From Candidatus Microgenomates bacterium (GTDB lineage: Bacteria > Patescibacteriota > Microgenomatia > Levybacterales > UBA12049): a DNA stretch of 62,918 nt. The stretch covers positions 1 to 62,918 of the forward strand of contig JANWKV010000006.1 in assembly GCA_025451195.1 (NCBI GenBank). The letters are read 5' to 3'. The notes under the pieces were generated by a model, which was not told the DNA's origin, searched no databases, and saw only the letters and a program-made list of their open reading frames with translations. Of this stretch, positions 48,775 to 58,539 are shown one piece after another. How positions within the stretch are numbered: the first letter of the stretch is position 1; each line of letters starts with the position of its first letter. The position numbers and the translations under genes were made by a program.

Positions 48775-50112
48775 CTATCCGCCCCCGCCTCTTCCCCCAC
48801 CACCTCCGGCTCTGATAACAGCTCCGCCTCCACCAAACCCTGCATTTCCACCAAATAGACTCCTGCTAAAAGGTGATGCTGAAGATGAAGAACCGGTTTG
48901 CCCTGTTGCTACGAATCCAACAACCACAACGTCTCCTTCAATTAGCCCGGATGTAATTTCTGTGTCTGTATCCGAAGTATCTCCTGTTGTTACGGGAACT
49001 ATTGTTATCTGACCATTTTTCAAAACCCTAACCGTGGACTGACCATTAGACGACTGGACAGCAGCCGTAGGTACAGTAAGCACATTATCTTTTACAGAAG
49101 TAATAATATTAACAGTTGCGCTCATATTGGGAAGAATTTTATCATTTGGGACGTCTAGGACAATTGTTGCGGGATAAGTTGTAACACCTGATGAAACAAC
49201 TCCACCAGTATCAATTCCGGAAACTATACCTGTAAATGTAAGGTCCGGGAATGCATCAAGAGTTATTGTTGCTTTTTGTCCTGACTCTACTTTTGTAACG
49301 TCTGTTTCAGAAAGCGACGCGCTTATAACTGGTGCTCCTCCCGTTTGGATACTCGCAACTGGCTGAGATGTAACGGTATTACTATTGCTGTTTGTTGATG
49401 ATGTAATTTGTAAACCCGGTGTAATAACAATATCCGATATTGTTCCAGACTGTGGAGCAGTAATTGTTGCAGACGTTGCTTGATACGAGAGCCACGCGGA
49501 AGTTAGTGCGGCTTGAGCCTGATTAATTACACCTTGTTGATTGGTGTAGTTGGATTCCGCCTGAAGCCAAGCCGCATTTTCTTCAATGTACACGGGGTCT
49601 GCTTTATCCTGATCAGTTGGATTTGCAATACCCCTATCTGTAACAAACGCCTGATTTGTCTTAAATAATGTCACCTGCAAAGAATTTAATTGCGCTTTTG
49701 CGGAATTTAAATTGTTTTGCGCGGAAATATAACTTGCATATGCTTGCGCCTGAAGTTTTGCTCCATCGGTATCTAAAGTCATATCCGCAATTGTTTCACC
49801 GGCTGTAACTTTATCGCCGGCTTTCACATAAACATGATTTATAACCCCACTTGCCTGAGTTGTTATTTCAACTCTATTCGACGCAACAACTTGGCCGGAT
49901 TCCGAAACGCTTGAAATTAGTGTCCCTTTAGTAGCGGTTGCTGTTTGGTATTGAGGAGTAGAACTACCTTGCCCGAATATTTTTGTGAAAGCAAAATATA
50001 AAACAGCTATTATAATAACAGCTGTTATAATTTTTTTTACTAAAGAAAGTTTCCAGAACCAATTGATTAAACCAGTAAAAAATCTAAAAAGGTTTCCAAA
50101 TAAATTCATCAT
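48775..50112 (-). CDS. MacA-like membrane fusion (periplasmic adaptor) protein
   Basis: TM, lipoyl halves (V..V.VK.GDKV; ITAP.SG.I), hairpin, LPNMSA.V.I, Gly-rich tail. Confidence 0.92.
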   Translation of the reverse strand: MMNLFGNLFRFFTGLINWFWKLSLVKKIITAVIIIAVLYFAFTKIFGQGSSTPQYQTATATKGTLISSVSESGQVVASNRVEITTQASGVINHVYVKAGDKVTAGETIADMTLDTDGAKLQAQAYASYISAQNNLNSAKAQLNSLQVTLFKTNQAFVTDRGIANPTDQDKADPVYIEENAAWLQAESNYTNQQGVINQAQAALTSAWLSYQATSATITAPQSGTISDIVITPGLQITSSTNSNSNTVTSQPVASIQTGGAPVISASLSETDVTKVESGQKATITLDAFPDLTFTGIVSGIDTGGVVSSGVTTYPATIVLDVPNDKILPNMSATVNIITSVKDNVLTVPTAAVQSSNGQSTVRVLKNGQITIVPVTTGDTSDTDTEITSGLIEGDVVVVGFVATGQTGSSSSASPFSRSLFGGNAGFGGGGAVIRAGGGGGRGGGG

Positions 50113-50150
50113 TGCAATAGTATACTAAAGCAGCTTAAATAATGCTGAGA

Positions 50151-51194
50151 TCAAACTGCCGGAATAAAAACAGTAAAAGTTGTTTTCTTACCGGGAATAC
50201 TTGTTACCGAAATTTGACCATTGTGAGATTCAATAATTTTTTTAGCAATCGATAAGCCCAAGCCGTATCCCGGGACATCTGTTTTTGATCTTGATTTATT
50301 TGCCCTATAAAATCTGTCGAAAATGTGAGGTAAATCTTCCTTTGCAATTCCCATTCCAAAGTCTGTAACTGAAACTTCTATCATATTTTGTTGTTTTTTT
50401 GATTGGATAGAAATTTTTTCATTTTCTTTACTATACTTTATAGCATTATCAAGCAGAATAACAAATAATTCCTTAACTCTGTCAGAAACTGCTGATATTT
50501 TTTCGTCTTTAATTTTTTTCTCAATTGTAATTTGTTTTTTTAAAGCTAAAGATTCCACTTTTTTTATAGCAGCATTGACTATTTCTAAAAGGGAATTTTC
50601 TTTCATGTTTTCAATTGTTATCTCTTTTCCATTTTGAGCAAGTTCCAAAAGATTGTCAGAAAGTGCCTGAAGCCCAACTACTTCTTCCAAATTACTTTCC
50701 AAAAGTTTTTTTGCATCCATAACATCTATTGATTTGTCTCTTAAGCCTACTTCTATTTCTGTTCTTAGAGACGTTAAAGGCGTCCTAAGTTCGTGTGATG
50801 CATCGGTTATAAACCTGTTTTGTTCGTCAACCATTTTTTTAATTGGAACAAGTGTTCTGCCCGCTAAAAAATATCCTGCCAGAGAAGAAATAATAAGAAT
50901 TACAATATTAATTCCAATTAAATCTATAATAACCCTTGCTCTAGCTTCCTGCATAACGTCCGGCTCTGGTTTTTCAGGCAAAGAAATTATGTCATCTTGC
51001 CATGGAAATGGTTGCAGCATATGGATTTGCAATTGGGGATTTTCTATCCGGAATTTTTGTAAACGTAAAATCCGGTCGAATTCACGGTTTGCGCCAAGGA
51101 AAATAAATGCGCTAAAAGCAATGCTGATTATCATGATAATCAGCAAATACCAGGCGGTAAGTTTTAATCTGGCTTTTTCAAAATGATCAAACAT
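50151..51194 (-). CDS. sensor histidine kinase
   Basis: two TMs; DASHELRTPL, LLDNAIKY, D.G.GI, FDRFYR and GLGL. Confidence 0.96.
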   Translation of the reverse strand: MFDHFEKARLKLTAWYLLIIMIISIAFSAFIFLGANREFDRILRLQKFRIENPQLQIHMLQPFPWQDDIISLPEKPEPDVMQEARARVIIDLIGINIVILIISSLAGYFLAGRTLVPIKKMVDEQNRFITDASHELRTPLTSLRTEIEVGLRDKSIDVMDAKKLLESNLEEVVGLQALSDNLLELAQNGKEITIENMKENSLLEIVNAAIKKVESLALKKQITIEKKIKDEKISAVSDRVKELFVILLDNAIKYSKENEKISIQSKKQQNMIEVSVTDFGMGIAKEDLPHIFDRFYRANKSRSKTDVPGYGLGLSIAKKIIESHNGQISVTSIPGKKTTFTVFIPAV

Positions 51195-51268
51195 ATTAAT
51201 CTGTAAAGTGAAAAATTCTTATATTTTTAGATATGAACAAAGTTCCTTAATTTTGAATTTTGAACTTA

Positions 51269-51940
51269 TTAACCTATTCTATACCCAAATCCCCGTGCGG
51301 TTTTAAGAAGCGGTTTTTCTTTGGGGAAATTTCTATCTATTTTTGTCCGCAAGTATCCAATAAACACCTCTAATGTATTTGGCAAAATATTTGCGTCATA
51401 ACTCCACACGTGGGAAATAATTTGGTTTTTGGTTACAATTTTACCTGAATTTTTTAGAAGGTATTCCAAAAGTGCAAACTCTTTAGCGGAAAGTTTTATT
51501 TGTTTTCCACCTCTCGTAACTTCGAATGTTTCCGTATTTAAAGTAAGGCTATCAACAGACAGCGTTGTTTGGGCAATTTCCTGAGGTCTTCTGGATAATG
51601 CCTTTACACGGGCCAGTAATTCTTCAAACGAGAAGGGCTTTGTTAAGTAATCGTCTGCTCCACTGTTTAACCCTTCCACCCTGTCTGCAATTTGTCCTTT
51701 AGCGGTTAGCATAAGAATTGGGATATGGTTATTGTTTTTTCTTATTCTTTTACAAATTTCCACCCCGTCCATCCCGGGAAGAAGTCTGTCAAGAATAATT
51801 ACATCGTAACCATCTTCTGAGGACATATCAAACCCTGTTGTTCCGTCATAACAAACATCAACAATAAAATTTTCCTGCTGCAATCCAATTTTGATTGCGT
51901 TGGCAATTTTATGTTCGTCTTCGATAAGTAATATTTTCAT
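51269..51940 (-). CDS. OmpR-family response regulator
   Basis: MKILLIEDE, ILD..LPG.DG, GADDYLTKPF and a winged-helix C-terminus; start 51940. Confidence 0.96.
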   Translation of the reverse strand: MKILLIEDEHKIANAIKIGLQQENFIVDVCYDGTTGFDMSSEDGYDVIILDRLLPGMDGVEICKRIRKNNNHIPILMLTAKGQIADRVEGLNSGADDYLTKPFSFEELLARVKALSRRPQEIAQTTLSVDSLTLNTETFEVTRGGKQIKLSAKEFALLEYLLKNSGKIVTKNQIISHVWSYDANILPNTLEVFIGYLRTKIDRNFPKEKPLLKTARGFGYRIG

Positions 51941-52017
51941 ATTTAAACTTTTTATTAACAAGCAGGATTATAACATTTAATTGCTGAAAACCAACTGAGG
52001 CGTATGTAATCGTATTC

Positions 52018-52551
52018 TTACTGGACAATGAGTGTTCCCCACATGCCTTTTTCCCTGTGTCCGGGTATTGCACAGTAGAAGACAAATGAACCTGTTTTAC
52101 TTGCAGTAAAAGTTGCTGTTTCTGTCTGACCAGATGTGCTTGTTGGCATATTGACTCCCAATTCGTCGATTTTTAGATTATGTACTCCTCCGCCATTTGT
52201 AAAATTAAAAGTAACAGAATCCCCTTTATTTACGGTAATTTTATTTGGCACAAAATAGAAATCTCCTCCTGTAATATTAAATGTTTTTTGCGTTGAGGTT
52301 GTTGACGTACCCTCTATTAACTGTTGTGTTTGTTGATCGCTAGCTGGTGGGGGGGTTACCGCAGTCATTGTCATTGCACCCATTGGAGGCTTTTTCCCAT
52401 TTCCCATCTCTTTTTGCATTCCCTGTTTCTGAGTTGTCATTCCCATTGCAAGTGCAATTTTGGCATTCCGTTCTCTCACAATCCAAAAGCCCTCAACAAT
52501 ACAAACAATTATTAATACTCCTATAATTCCAAACAGAAAGTTTTTGCTCAT
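52018..52551 (-). CDS. TM-anchored cupredoxin with a Met-rich linker
   Basis: type-1 Cu ligands H(NL) and C..PGH...GM. Confidence 0.88.
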   Translation of the reverse strand: MSKNFLFGIIGVLIIVCIVEGFWIVRERNAKIALAMGMTTQKQGMQKEMGNGKKPPMGAMTMTAVTPPPASDQQTQQLIEGTSTTSTQKTFNITGGDFYFVPNKITVNKGDSVTFNFTNGGGVHNLKIDELGVNMPTSTSGQTETATFTASKTGSFVFYCAIPGHREKGMWGTLIVQ

Positions 52552-52581
52552 AGAACATTTTCTATCATATTATAAAAACTA

Positions 52582-52600
52582 TTGTAAAGTACTTACAAAA
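52582..52600. promoter_or_regulatory. second copy of the HxlR-locus operator
   Basis: TTGTAAAGTACTTACAAAA matches 42394-42412 at 18 of 19 positions. Confidence 0.6.
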
Positions 52601-52734
52601 TAGAAAGTATACTTTTCCTATTGTATTTTGTGCCCTTCGGGCAAAAAATCAGTCTAGAAGAAGTTATATCCTTACAGGACATGTGCCGAACTCTATAACT
52701 GTGAGTGGTATGTTTAATATGCTACACTAAGTCT

Positions 52735-53088
52735 GTGATAAAACTTATTCCTACAATATATTTTTATCTTTTAAGCTTTATCGGGATTGTTCTTCTCATT
52801 ATCGGAATTTTTACAAGCATTCATTTTATTGTCGGAATAACAGCGTATTCCAAGTATCCCTTACCAAATGGAATAGAAAATCAATGCATGTATTCTATCC
52901 CTCAACTTCCAGTAGGCGAAACTCAACAGCTATTAATCTATAAAGATCAATATGAAAACTGTGTTAATAATTTGGAAGAACAACGGATTTTGACAAAAAA
53001 GCAGGATCTGGAAAAAGCGCTGTCTTTTACTATTGTTGGTTTTTTACTCTTTGGAATACACTTCTACTTTGCCAGAAAACAAAAATAG
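52735..53088 (+). CDS. hypothetical two-TM protein with an extracytoplasmic Cys pair
   Basis: IYFYLLSFIG..., two Cys residues, ..FGIHF end; GTG 6 nt after TACACT. Confidence 0.7.
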   Translation: MIKLIPTIYFYLLSFIGIVLLIIGIFTSIHFIVGITAYSKYPLPNGIENQCMYSIPQLPVGETQQLLIYKDQYENCVNNLEEQRILTKKQDLEKALSFTIVGFLLFGIHFYFARKQK

Positions 53089-53114
53089 AATCAGCTACAG
53101 TTTCTGTACTAATA

Positions 53115-53188
53115 TATACCACTCATACTTGATTTTGTCCACCATAGGGCACAAAATCAAGTAATCGGGTATTATACACTATTTACAA
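53115..53188 (+). repeat. MITE-like palindromic element, copy C
   Basis: ATATACCACTCATACTTGATTTTG-loop-CAAAATCAAGTAATCGGGTATTATACACTATTT. Confidence 0.85.
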
Positions 53189-53213
53189 TGATTAGCTTAA
53201 AGAGTATAGAAAA

Positions 53214-54179
53214 ATGTTAACGCATATTCAACGTAAGAGGGCGAAAAAAAGACTGAATAGATTGATTTTTGTTTCTTTTTTTATTTTAGTTATTGTTGTT
53301 TTTTTTGTATTTAAAAAAACAAATCAAAACAAAATACGGTCAATTGCATCTCCTCTGGCGGTTAAACCAACAGTTACGCTTGCACCTTCACCAACTCCTT
53401 TACAAAATAGTACTAATCTTCAGAAAGTGGTCTCTGATGCATTAAACGGAACACACGGAACCTACGGAATTTCAATTAAAAACATGAAAACCGGAGAAAG
53501 TTATTTTGCCCATCAAACTCACATTTTTAAATCGGGAAGTTTGTATAAGTTGTGGATTATGGCAGTTGTTTTTGAAGACATTAAAGACGGCGACCTTAAA
53601 GATTCTGATATTCTTACTGAATCTGTGCCGGAGTTAAATGAAAAGTTTCAAATTGATCCAACTCTTGCAGAAAAAACAGAAGGAACTATAACATTTTCAG
53701 TAGATGATGCATTAAATCAAATGATTACAATTTCCGATAATTATGCAGCGCTTTTGTTGACAGAAAAAATAGGATTATCCAGCGTTACATCATTTTTAGA
53801 AAAAAATGGATTTACGCAATCTAAAGTCGGCGTTGATGGAAAAGATCCCGTAACAACACCACAAGACATAGCATTATTTTTTGAGAAATTATATAAGGGA
53901 CAAATTATTGATAAAGAGTATTCGGACAAAATGTTGGATCTTTTAAAACAACAGAGATTAAATAGTAAGATTCCAAAATATCTACCTGATGATATTTCTG
54001 TGGCCCATAAAACCGGAGAGTTGGATGAAGACTCTCATGACGCAGGTATTGTATATTCTCCTGGTGGCGATTACATAATTGTTGTTTTATCTGAAAGCGA
54101 CTCGCGTGAGCTGGCAAACGAAAGAATTGCAGATGTATCACAAGCAGTTTATAACTATTTTGTGCCAAGTCAACAATAA
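53214..54179 (+). CDS. class A beta-lactamase-like serine hydrolase (PBP-like), TM-anchored
   Basis: SxxK (SLYK), SDN and HKTG; omega-loop region shortened. Confidence 0.88.
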   Translation: MLTHIQRKRAKKRLNRLIFVSFFILVIVVFFVFKKTNQNKIRSIASPLAVKPTVTLAPSPTPLQNSTNLQKVVSDALNGTHGTYGISIKNMKTGESYFAHQTHIFKSGSLYKLWIMAVVFEDIKDGDLKDSDILTESVPELNEKFQIDPTLAEKTEGTITFSVDDALNQMITISDNYAALLLTEKIGLSSVTSFLEKNGFTQSKVGVDGKDPVTTPQDIALFFEKLYKGQIIDKEYSDKMLDLLKQQRLNSKIPKYLPDDISVAHKTGELDEDSHDAGIVYSPGGDYIIVVLSESDSRELANERIADVSQAVYNYFVPSQQ

Positions 54180-54213
54180 TATTTTTTAAGATTGTTAAAA
54201 AAACCTAAAAATA

Positions 54214-55221
54214 TTAGTTTGATGCAATATTCCAATCACTTTCAAAATCACTAACAAGACTATCAACAACATCACTTTGTAGAATGAGGATTCCAAGTTC
54301 ACGGTTTTTATCCATACTTTGACTCGAGAAATTAACAGACCCAACATATGCTTTTATGCCATCAACCAAAACCAGCTTTGCATGAATATACGGAGAAGAA
54401 AGAGTTTTTACCAATACCCCACTTTTTTCAAGAAGCTCAGCACTACTTTTATTTGCTGAAAGTTGTGAAAAATCCGGAATAATAACTTCAATTTCTTCTG
54501 TTTTCGCTTTTGTTTCAAGAAGAGACAAAATGTCTTTGTCTTGTATTTCTTCCATTTCTATGTCTATCGATTTTGTTGCGCTTTGCAAAAGGCTGGTTAA
54601 TGCGCTTCTGGAATTATCCGGGCTAATAATTAGATCCGTCGAATTTGCAAGGTTTGTTGCTTCACGCTTCCAATCGGAGGTAAAAATAGTTTCTATTTCG
54701 GCAACGTCTTGAGGATTATCATCAATAATGTCGTATTCACGGTTTTTGTTGAATGCTGAGGCCGTAAGATTTTGATTTAAAATAAAGGCTTCAGAGTCAT
54801 CAATAACTATAGATTTTTCATGAGTTAGCGCAAAACTCGAACTAGTCCATTCAACGGAAATGCCTGCTTTCTCAAGTGTTGTCTTTGTTTTTGGATTAAG
54901 ATTTCCTCCACCAAACGGGTGCTCTTCCAGCATTACTTTTACTGTAACACCCTTTTGTTCTGCGCTAATGAGTGCATTGATTACCTGTTTATCCGACAAA
55001 AGATAAACTTCCATATCTATCTCCTGCTCTGCGTTATCTATTGCGTCAACTATTGGCGAATGTCCATTCTGCGGCTCTTCAAAAAATGTGAGGTTATTAC
55101 TTGCACCGAGAACATGCGATGGCTTTGACTGCTGAATGCCCGGATGGTGGAAAATAATATACGCGCAATATACAAGCGCTGTGAGAAAAAATAGGACAGC
55201 ATTTTTCTTAATCCACCCCAC
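54214..55221 (-). CDS. phospholipase D superfamily protein with two HKD motifs
   Basis: HEKSIVID...NRE and HAKLVLVD...GSVN...NRE. Confidence 0.92.
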   Translation of the reverse strand: MGWIKKNAVLFFLTALVYCAYIIFHHPGIQQSKPSHVLGASNNLTFFEEPQNGHSPIVDAIDNAEQEIDMEVYLLSDKQVINALISAEQKGVTVKVMLEEHPFGGGNLNPKTKTTLEKAGISVEWTSSSFALTHEKSIVIDDSEAFILNQNLTASAFNKNREYDIIDDNPQDVAEIETIFTSDWKREATNLANSTDLIISPDNSRSALTSLLQSATKSIDIEMEEIQDKDILSLLETKAKTEEIEVIIPDFSQLSANKSSAELLEKSGVLVKTLSSPYIHAKLVLVDGIKAYVGSVNFSSQSMDKNRELGILILQSDVVDSLVSDFESDWNIASN

Positions 55222-55247
55222 ATTTATAGTATAAAAAGAAAAGAGAA

Positions 55248-55979
55248 TTATGTAAACCGTGTTACAATAAAAATAAACAATGCCCCTAGAATAGTTAATG
55301 CAATCATTCTATAAGAACTATGTTTAGAATGTGCTTCTGGGAGTAGATCTGATGCTCCAATGTATAATAAAAATCCTGCAAAAAATCCAAGATAAAGTAC
55401 TAGAACTGATTGGGGAATTTCAAAAATAAGGGTAGACGCTACGCCAACAATTGGAGCAATTGCATCTATGATAAGTAATAATATTGCCTTTTTTGTTGAG
55501 TTCTTATGTGCCAACATTAAAGTAACCGTATTTAATCCGTCTGAAAAGTCGTGAGCAATTACTGCAATTGATACCAAAATCCCAACTTGAGGACTTACAT
55601 GAAATGCAAGTCCTATTCCAACACCGTCAAGAAAGCTATGAAAAGATAAACCCGATGCACTTATTAATCCAACCGTTGGATTCTTGTGAGAGTGTTTTGC
55701 GTATTCTTCTTCATGACCATGATGAATAATTGCGAGCTTTTCAAGAATGTGGATAAGTAAAAATCCACCAACAAGTGCAATTAAAGCACTTGTCACATCA
55801 ATATTGTTTTCATGAGCTATCGAAAAAATTTCTGGCACTATATCAAAAAATGCTACGCCTATTAATATTCCAGCGGTAAAACTCATAATCAAGTGCAATT
55901 TTTCTTTAAATTTAAGGGCAAATAAACCTCCTAAAGAAGTAGAAATAAATGTTAAAAATGATAAAAAAATTGCCTGCAT
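55248..55979 (-). CDS. ZIP family metal transporter
   Basis: HSFLDG, HDFSDG, His-rich loop and LLPEAH. Confidence 0.92.
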   Translation of the reverse strand: MQAIFLSFLTFISTSLGGLFALKFKEKLHLIMSFTAGILIGVAFFDIVPEIFSIAHENNIDVTSALIALVGGFLLIHILEKLAIIHHGHEEEYAKHSHKNPTVGLISASGLSFHSFLDGVGIGLAFHVSPQVGILVSIAVIAHDFSDGLNTVTLMLAHKNSTKKAILLLIIDAIAPIVGVASTLIFEIPQSVLVLYLGFFAGFLLYIGASDLLPEAHSKHSSYRMIALTILGALFIFIVTRFT

Positions 55980-55980
55980 A

Positions 55981-56427
55981 TTATTTTTGACAATCATTAC
56001 AAAAGCCGTAAAATTCCAATGAATGACTTTTAACTAAAAATTTATATTTTTTTGCAATTTTCTTTTCAAAATCAGGAATAACAGTGTCCTTTACGTCTTC
56101 TATTTTCCCGCAATTTTGGCAAATTAAATGATGATGTTCACCTTTATTTAATTCGTATCTTGCCTTACCCTCCTGAAATTCCAATTTTTTAAGAAGACCT
56201 TTTTCTACAAAAGAATTTATAATTCTAAAAACCGTAACTCTATCTATTCCCAAATCTTTTTGCAAATGATCTGTTAGGTGCAAAACATCAACTGGTTTAT
56301 CATGGGATTCAAAGAGTTTTAATGTTGCAACTCTGGCGGGAGTTACTCTTAAATTAACTTCTTGAATTTCTTTTTCGCAGTCGTGTTGTTTTAAATCCTG
56401 AACTTGCCGGATGGAAATTTGTTTCAT
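55981..56427 (-). CDS. Fur-family (Zur-like) regulator
   Basis: RVTPAR, TVFR, HHHLICQNCG and CNDC; start ATG 56427. Confidence 0.93.
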   Translation of the reverse strand: MKQISIRQVQDLKQHDCEKEIQEVNLRVTPARVATLKLFESHDKPVDVLHLTDHLQKDLGIDRVTVFRIINSFVEKGLLKKLEFQEGKARYELNKGEHHHLICQNCGKIEDVKDTVIPDFEKKIAKKYKFLVKSHSLEFYGFCNDCQK

Positions 56428-56434
56428 AAAAACA

Positions 56435-56463
56435 ATTATACGCAACTAAGTTGCATTTGTCAA
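56435..56463 (-). promoter_or_regulatory. consensus promoter with a palindromic operator in its spacer
   Basis: TTGACA-17 nt-TATAAT-7 nt-ATG; the spacer holds GCAACT-A-AGTTGC (56442-56454). Confidence 0.8.
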
Positions 56464-56588
56464 GACCAATATGAGTTGTTTGCCACAAGAAATGTAATCT
56501 AGGTCATTGACAAATTTTTAAAAAAGTCGTTGACTAAAATTAGGGGTAAATTTTTTCCCCTTTTGTGTATTTGTATGACATAAATATT

Positions 56589-58415
56589 ATGATCAAATTT
56601 GTCGGAACTGCCCTACAAGACAAACAAACGCTCCTTTTTTATTGTCAAAAAGAAGGTAATGAAATTTTCTTCAAAGCAGTCGGAAGCCAAAATGGACTCG
56701 AATTTTCAGATAAATGTAACTACATATTTGTCTTTGATGAATCTCAAAAAGAAGAACAAAACTTTAATTGGAAGAGTTTTAGGATCGCCCGCCAACATGA
56801 TCAATTTCTTCTTACATATAAATTAGACTCCGAAAAAGACGCGTCTTTATTTGGCGCATTATCCGCAGATTTAATCAGATGGCAAAAAATTGGAAAAATT
56901 GATGAAATTAAAGAAACCGGTACGGTTGTTCCGCTGTTCCAGTTTAACAATAATTATGTAATGTATTTTGGGGAAAAGGATATAAAAATTGCCTCTTCAG
57001 AAGATTTAAAAACATGGAAAACGGAAACAAAAGCCGTCTTAAAATCCAGAAAAGCAAGTTTTGACAGCGGAAATCTTGAAGTCGCAAATGCTTATGTCTT
57101 AAATAACAACATACTATTAATATACTATGTAAAAAAAGAGAAAGACGGAAAAACTTTATACGATGTGGGGGCTGCAATATTTGATAAATCTGATCCGACA
57201 AAACCCATATGGCGCAGTGAAGAGGCAATTTTTGAACACCCGGAAGAAATGGAAAATGAAAAAATGCAGCCTTTTGGAAGCGCAATAAGTGGTGACCGGC
57301 TTATTTTATATTGGTTAATAGGAGAAAATAATTTATTCGCAGTTTCAGTGCCAATCCCAACAACAAGTACCGGCTTAAAACATAAAGTGTTTACCCATAT
57401 AGTTAAAAAATCGGAAAAAAATCCGATTATCGGACCAAACCCTGCTCACCCTTGGGAGTCACGCGCGGCTTTTAACAGCGCCGCAATTTTAGATAACGGA
57501 AAAGTCCATTTTGTATATAGAGCACTTGGAGATAAAGATCTTTCTGTTTTGGGATATGCAGTTAGTAGTGATGGAGTAAATATTGATGAAAGATCTACCG
57601 AACCGATTTATATTCCCCGTGAACCGTTTGAGACACCCGGCGGAAACGCGTTTTCCAGCTTTGCACAACATTTTGCGTCTGGAGGAGGTTATGGGGGGAT
57701 TGAAGATCCAAGAATTACCAGACTCGAAGATAAAATTTATCTGACCTATGTGGCATTTGACGGAGCAAATCCGCCAAGGGTTGCTATGTCTTCTATTCAC
57801 ATTGATGATTTTAGAAAAAAAAACTGGGACAAATGGGAAAAGCCAAAATTAATTTCCGCACCGGGAATGGTTAACAAAAGCGCTGTTATTTTTCCAAGAA
57901 AAATAAGAGGAAAATACGTTATGATGCATAGGGTTTATCCGAATATTCTTATCGATTATTTGGATAATCTGAACTTTAAAGAATATCTTAAAGGCCATTA
58001 TTTTATTCCTCCTAGGAAAAAATTCTGGGACAGCAAGAAAGTAGGAGCAGGTGCACCGCCAATGGAGACAAACGACGGATGGCTTTTAATTTATCAGTCT
58101 GTTGGACACCAGGATTCAAGCAGATATAAGATTGGAGCTATGATGTTGGACCGGGATAACCCGGAAAAAGTTTTGTACAGGACACACACCGCGATTATAG
58201 AACCGAGTGAAAGGTACGAAAATGAAGGGTTTAAAGCTGGAGTTGTATATCCGTGCGGAGCTGTAATTAAAGATAATTCGTTGCATGTATATTATGGCGG
58301 AGCAGACACTGTGGTTTGTGCAGCCAAAGCGGACTTGAATACTTTCTTAAATGAAATGAAAAGAAACAGGGAACCAAAACTAACAAAAGTAACAAGCAGA
58401 CAGTTTGCAAATTAA
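56589..58415 (+). CDS. GH130-like glycosidase/phosphorylase with a degenerate N-terminal propeller
   Basis: NPII.P...WES.A.FN, EDPR, K.G.G.PP, Y..GA..LD, VVYPCGA and YYG.AD. Confidence 0.85.
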   Translation: MIKFVGTALQDKQTLLFYCQKEGNEIFFKAVGSQNGLEFSDKCNYIFVFDESQKEEQNFNWKSFRIARQHDQFLLTYKLDSEKDASLFGALSADLIRWQKIGKIDEIKETGTVVPLFQFNNNYVMYFGEKDIKIASSEDLKTWKTETKAVLKSRKASFDSGNLEVANAYVLNNNILLIYYVKKEKDGKTLYDVGAAIFDKSDPTKPIWRSEEAIFEHPEEMENEKMQPFGSAISGDRLILYWLIGENNLFAVSVPIPTTSTGLKHKVFTHIVKKSEKNPIIGPNPAHPWESRAAFNSAAILDNGKVHFVYRALGDKDLSVLGYAVSSDGVNIDERSTEPIYIPREPFETPGGNAFSSFAQHFASGGGYGGIEDPRITRLEDKIYLTYVAFDGANPPRVAMSSIHIDDFRKKNWDKWEKPKLISAPGMVNKSAVIFPRKIRGKYVMMHRVYPNILIDYLDNLNFKEYLKGHYFIPPRKKFWDSKKVGAGAPPMETNDGWLLIYQSVGHQDSSRYKIGAMMLDRDNPEKVLYRTHTAIIEPSERYENEGFKAGVVYPCGAVIKDNSLHVYYGGADTVVCAAKADLNTFLNEMKRNREPKLTKVTSRQFAN

Positions 58416-58534
58416 AAATTTAAGTTAAAAAATAAAAGTTAAAAGTTAAGGTACTTTCTTTTTATAAACCTCAGTAAAAGTTTTATAAATAAAATACTTT
58501 AATTTTTCATTTTTAATTTTAAATTTTTAACTTA
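58409..58534. repeat. 7-nt-periodic AT-rich inverted repeat between the GH130-like genes
   Basis: left arm aaattaa/aaattta/agttaaa/aaataaa/agttaaa; right arm ttttcat/ttttaat/tttaaat/ttttaac. Confidence 0.65.
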
Positions 58535-58539
58535 CTATT

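Noticed and set aside
48768..48854. N-terminal extension of the ABC ATPase overlapping the MFP gene
   Set aside because: It is an alternate-frame read of the MFP Gly-rich tail; ATG 48767 fits better.
52625..52702. Structured ncRNA between the cupredoxin and the membrane-protein gene
   Set aside because: Only short stems (TGCCC/GGGCA, AGTTATA/TATAACT) are present, too weak to call without covariation data.
53214..54179. Beta-lactam resistance gene
   Set aside because: SxxK, SDN and KTG are present, but the omega loop carrying the Glu166 equivalent appears to be missing; a PBP-like hydrolase is more likely.
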